Assembly: GCA_965197745.1 (NCBI GenBank)
Contig: CBDANS010000007.1
Span: 1,536,001 to 1,600,000 of the forward strand
Source of the DNA: Opitutales bacterium
GTDB lineage: Bacteria; Verrucomicrobiota; Verrucomicrobiia; Opitutales; PNEW01
DNA: 64,000 nucleotides
Direction of reading: 5' to 3'
Position numbers and translations under genes: made by a program. The notes under the pieces were generated by a model. It made no database searches. It saw only the letters and a list, made by a program, of their open reading frames with translations, and was not told the DNA's origin. Of this stretch, positions 61,946-64,000 are shown in pieces (within the stretch, counting starts at the first letter, position 1; the number at the start of each line of letters is the position of its first letter).

Positions 61946-63511
61946 TTGGGAATAATAGATACAGCGGTCATCGTTATTTATTTAGGCGTCCTTGTAACTA
62001 TGGGTGTGTATTTTTCACGCCGCCAAAAGACGACGGAAGACTACTTTCTAGCGGGTCGCCACTTACCGGGATGGGTGGTCGGTTTTTCGATAATGGGTAC
62101 AATTATCGGGAGCGTAACCTTCATAGGCCATCCCGGAGAGGTATTTAAAACCAACATGTGGTCATTGCCCTCGCATTTAGCTTACCCGTTTGTCATGGTT
62201 TTTGTGTCTATTTATATAGTCTCCTTTTATCGCCGGACGATTCGCATGACTGCCAATCAGTACTTGGAGATGCGATTTGGCTACCCCGTGCGGGCCTATG
62301 GCGCGGGAGTATTTCTTGTGGGGCACATTTTACATTTAAGTGTGACTTTCTATTTTCTGGCGGTCGCCGTTGCTTACATGAGCGGATGGGATGTGTGGTG
62401 GGTAATCCTTTTCGTAGGCCTGGCGACAGTCATTTACACAGTGGTCGGTGGTATTGAGGCAGTCGCCTGGTCTGATGTAATACAAGGCAACTTACTTTTA
62501 ATCGGCGGTCTGACTTGTCTGGGTGTTGTTCTTTTCTCATCCGATGCTGGTCCCACCGCAATTGTCGCAAAGGCCTGGGACGGGGGAAAGTTTTCATTGG
62601 GCAATTGGGATTTCAGCTGGTATGAAAAAAATCAGTGGTTTTTCGTCGTTGGTGGAATATTGGGCGCAATCGGTGGTTTAGCCTGTGACCAGTCCAATGT
62701 ACAGCGCTATCTCCTGGCAAAGACCGACAAAGAAGCAGCTCGAGCAGCTTATATGGGAGCAGCTGTGTGTGTTCCCATCTGGATTCTTTTTATGGTAATA
62801 GGCGCTTTAACGTGGGCATTTTATGAATTATCAACGGACCCACTTCCAGACGAGGTGCTTCAACAAAAGGACTTTATCATACCTTACTTTATTAAGACCC
62901 AATTACCTGCAGGATTGGTTGGTCTTATTTTAGCGGCGTTATTGGCAGCAGCCATGTCATCGATCGATTCAAATTTAAATGCAATTGCGCTGGTAATCGT
63001 CAATGATCTTTATGTGCGACTGTGTCCCAAATCCAAAGACAGACAACGCCTGCTCCTGGGGAAAACTGTGGTTGTGTTTTTTGGCGTGTCTTCGATCTTC
63101 ATGGCACAACAATGGATCGGGATTAAATCAGTCATTGAATTATCCATTATCGTGGGAGCGATGATACCGGGTGGTATTCTCGGTGTGTTTATGCTCGGGT
63201 TTTTATTTCGATGGGTGACGACAAGGGGTGCCTATATTGGCGTTGCAGTTAGTATTATCTTTAATTCGTGGGCAGCGTTTACGCGAATTACTCTCCCGGG
63301 TATGGAATCACCCTTGCTTGATTTCGGGCGTTTTAATTACACCTTGAGTCCATTCGTGATTGGAATCTTCAGCCATTTTGTTCTCATGGGCGCAGGGATG
63401 CTGGCAAGTGTAATTGCAGGGGGGCCCCGAAAGGATACGAAGAATCTTACTTTTTGGGATGTCCTCGATAGACGCAGGGAGGAGAAAGAATTAGTGAACA
63501 GTGAACAGTGA
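61946..63511 (+). CDS. Sodium:solute symporter, copy 2
   Basis: DYFLAGR, YLEMRFG, GGIEAVAWSD, DQSNVQRYL, AAMSSIDS. Confidence 0.93.
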   Translation: MGIIDTAVIVIYLGVLVTMGVYFSRRQKTTEDYFLAGRHLPGWVVGFSIMGTIIGSVTFIGHPGEVFKTNMWSLPSHLAYPFVMVFVSIYIVSFYRRTIRMTANQYLEMRFGYPVRAYGAGVFLVGHILHLSVTFYFLAVAVAYMSGWDVWWVILFVGLATVIYTVVGGIEAVAWSDVIQGNLLLIGGLTCLGVVLFSSDAGPTAIVAKAWDGGKFSLGNWDFSWYEKNQWFFVVGGILGAIGGLACDQSNVQRYLLAKTDKEAARAAYMGAAVCVPIWILFMVIGALTWAFYELSTDPLPDEVLQQKDFIIPYFIKTQLPAGLVGLILAALLAAAMSSIDSNLNAIALVIVNDLYVRLCPKSKDRQRLLLGKTVVVFFGVSSIFMAQQWIGIKSVIELSIIVGAMIPGGILGVFMLGFLFRWVTTRGAYIGVAVSIIFNSWAAFTRITLPGMESPLLDFGRFNYTLSPFVIGIFSHFVLMGAGMLASVIAGGPRKDTKNLTFWDVLDRRREEKELVNSEQ

Positions 63512-63777
63512 ACAGTGAATAAGCGCCAGAGCGCGTCAAAAAGTCAAAAAGTAATTCCGCCATTCTCAAATTTTATCAATGGGAACTCGACTTACTTACT
63601 CTCATACCGACACCCATTAATTATTACCTAACACTACATCCGCGTTTTATTCATTTTGACCTTTTGACTTTTTGACCCTAAAATAGGGTAAGAGAAGTGA
63701 AATCAAAACAATCGAAAATCGTCGATCGTACCGAGTCCAGCGGCCGCGGGACGACATCCTCCAAATCGGCATTCGAA

Positions 63778-64000
63778 ATGACTGAAGAGCAGAAGTTCTT
63801 TTATGACCTTCGTGGGTGGATCCTTATACCGAACGTGTTATCGTCGGCTGAGATTGATGAGATGAAGGCTGAGGCGTATGCGTGTGATGGATCCCGACCA
63901 TTAAGGAATTCGCGGGGGTATGTAGGTTCACTGCAGAAGTTGTTAGACCATCCGGCTGTCGTGGGTATTCTGACCGAAATATTAGCGGAACCCCCTTATC
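63778..64000 (+). CDS. PhyH-like dioxygenase, N-terminal part (runs off window); paralog of 29470-30285
   Basis: MTEEQKFFYDLRGWILIPNVLSSAEIDEMK...LQKLLDHPAVVGILTEILAEP. Confidence 0.8.
   Translation, partial: MTEEQKFFYDLRGWILIPNVLSSAEIDEMKAEAYACDGSRPLRNSRGYVGSLQKLLDHPAVVGILTEILAEPPY

Overview
A 64-kb accessory/catabolic island from a bacterium, probably Verrucomicrobiota (Opitutae-like). That assignment is inferred from the PEP-CTERM protein, three solo pilin-type N-methylation proteins and a secreted Ig-domain protein. Almost no housekeeping genes are present (only pcm), and I saw no rRNA, tRNA, CRISPR array, integrase or DDE transposase. Coding content is dominated by about 15 PhyH-like (Fe/2-oxoglutarate) dioxygenase genes. 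It also includes SDRs, Gfo/Idh/MocA oxidoreductases, tandem enolase-superfamily dehydratases, HpcH aldolases, M20 hydrolases, a sulfatase, a GGT, a GH32, and four sodium:solute symporters (two fused to Kelch/NanM-like domains). The most striking non-metabolic signal is a 464-bp cassette encoding a 97-aa GIY-YIG nuclease between palindromic REP-like terminal inverted repeats (TTGTCATTGCGAGGAG...CTCCTCGCAATGACAA). It occurs twice in near-identical copies that sit in opposite orientation inside homologous, directly oriented flanks, and three gene-less copies of the same repeat pair occur elsewhere. This looks like an autonomous/non-autonomous REP system associated with a GIY-YIG nuclease rather than a tyrosine transposase. 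Intergenic spaces are mosaics of at least three palindromic repeat families, small hairpin modules nested inside them, and 7-8-bp tandem arrays. Gene remnants break at some of these repeats. Six genes carry single-base frameshifts in homopolymers, probably read errors.
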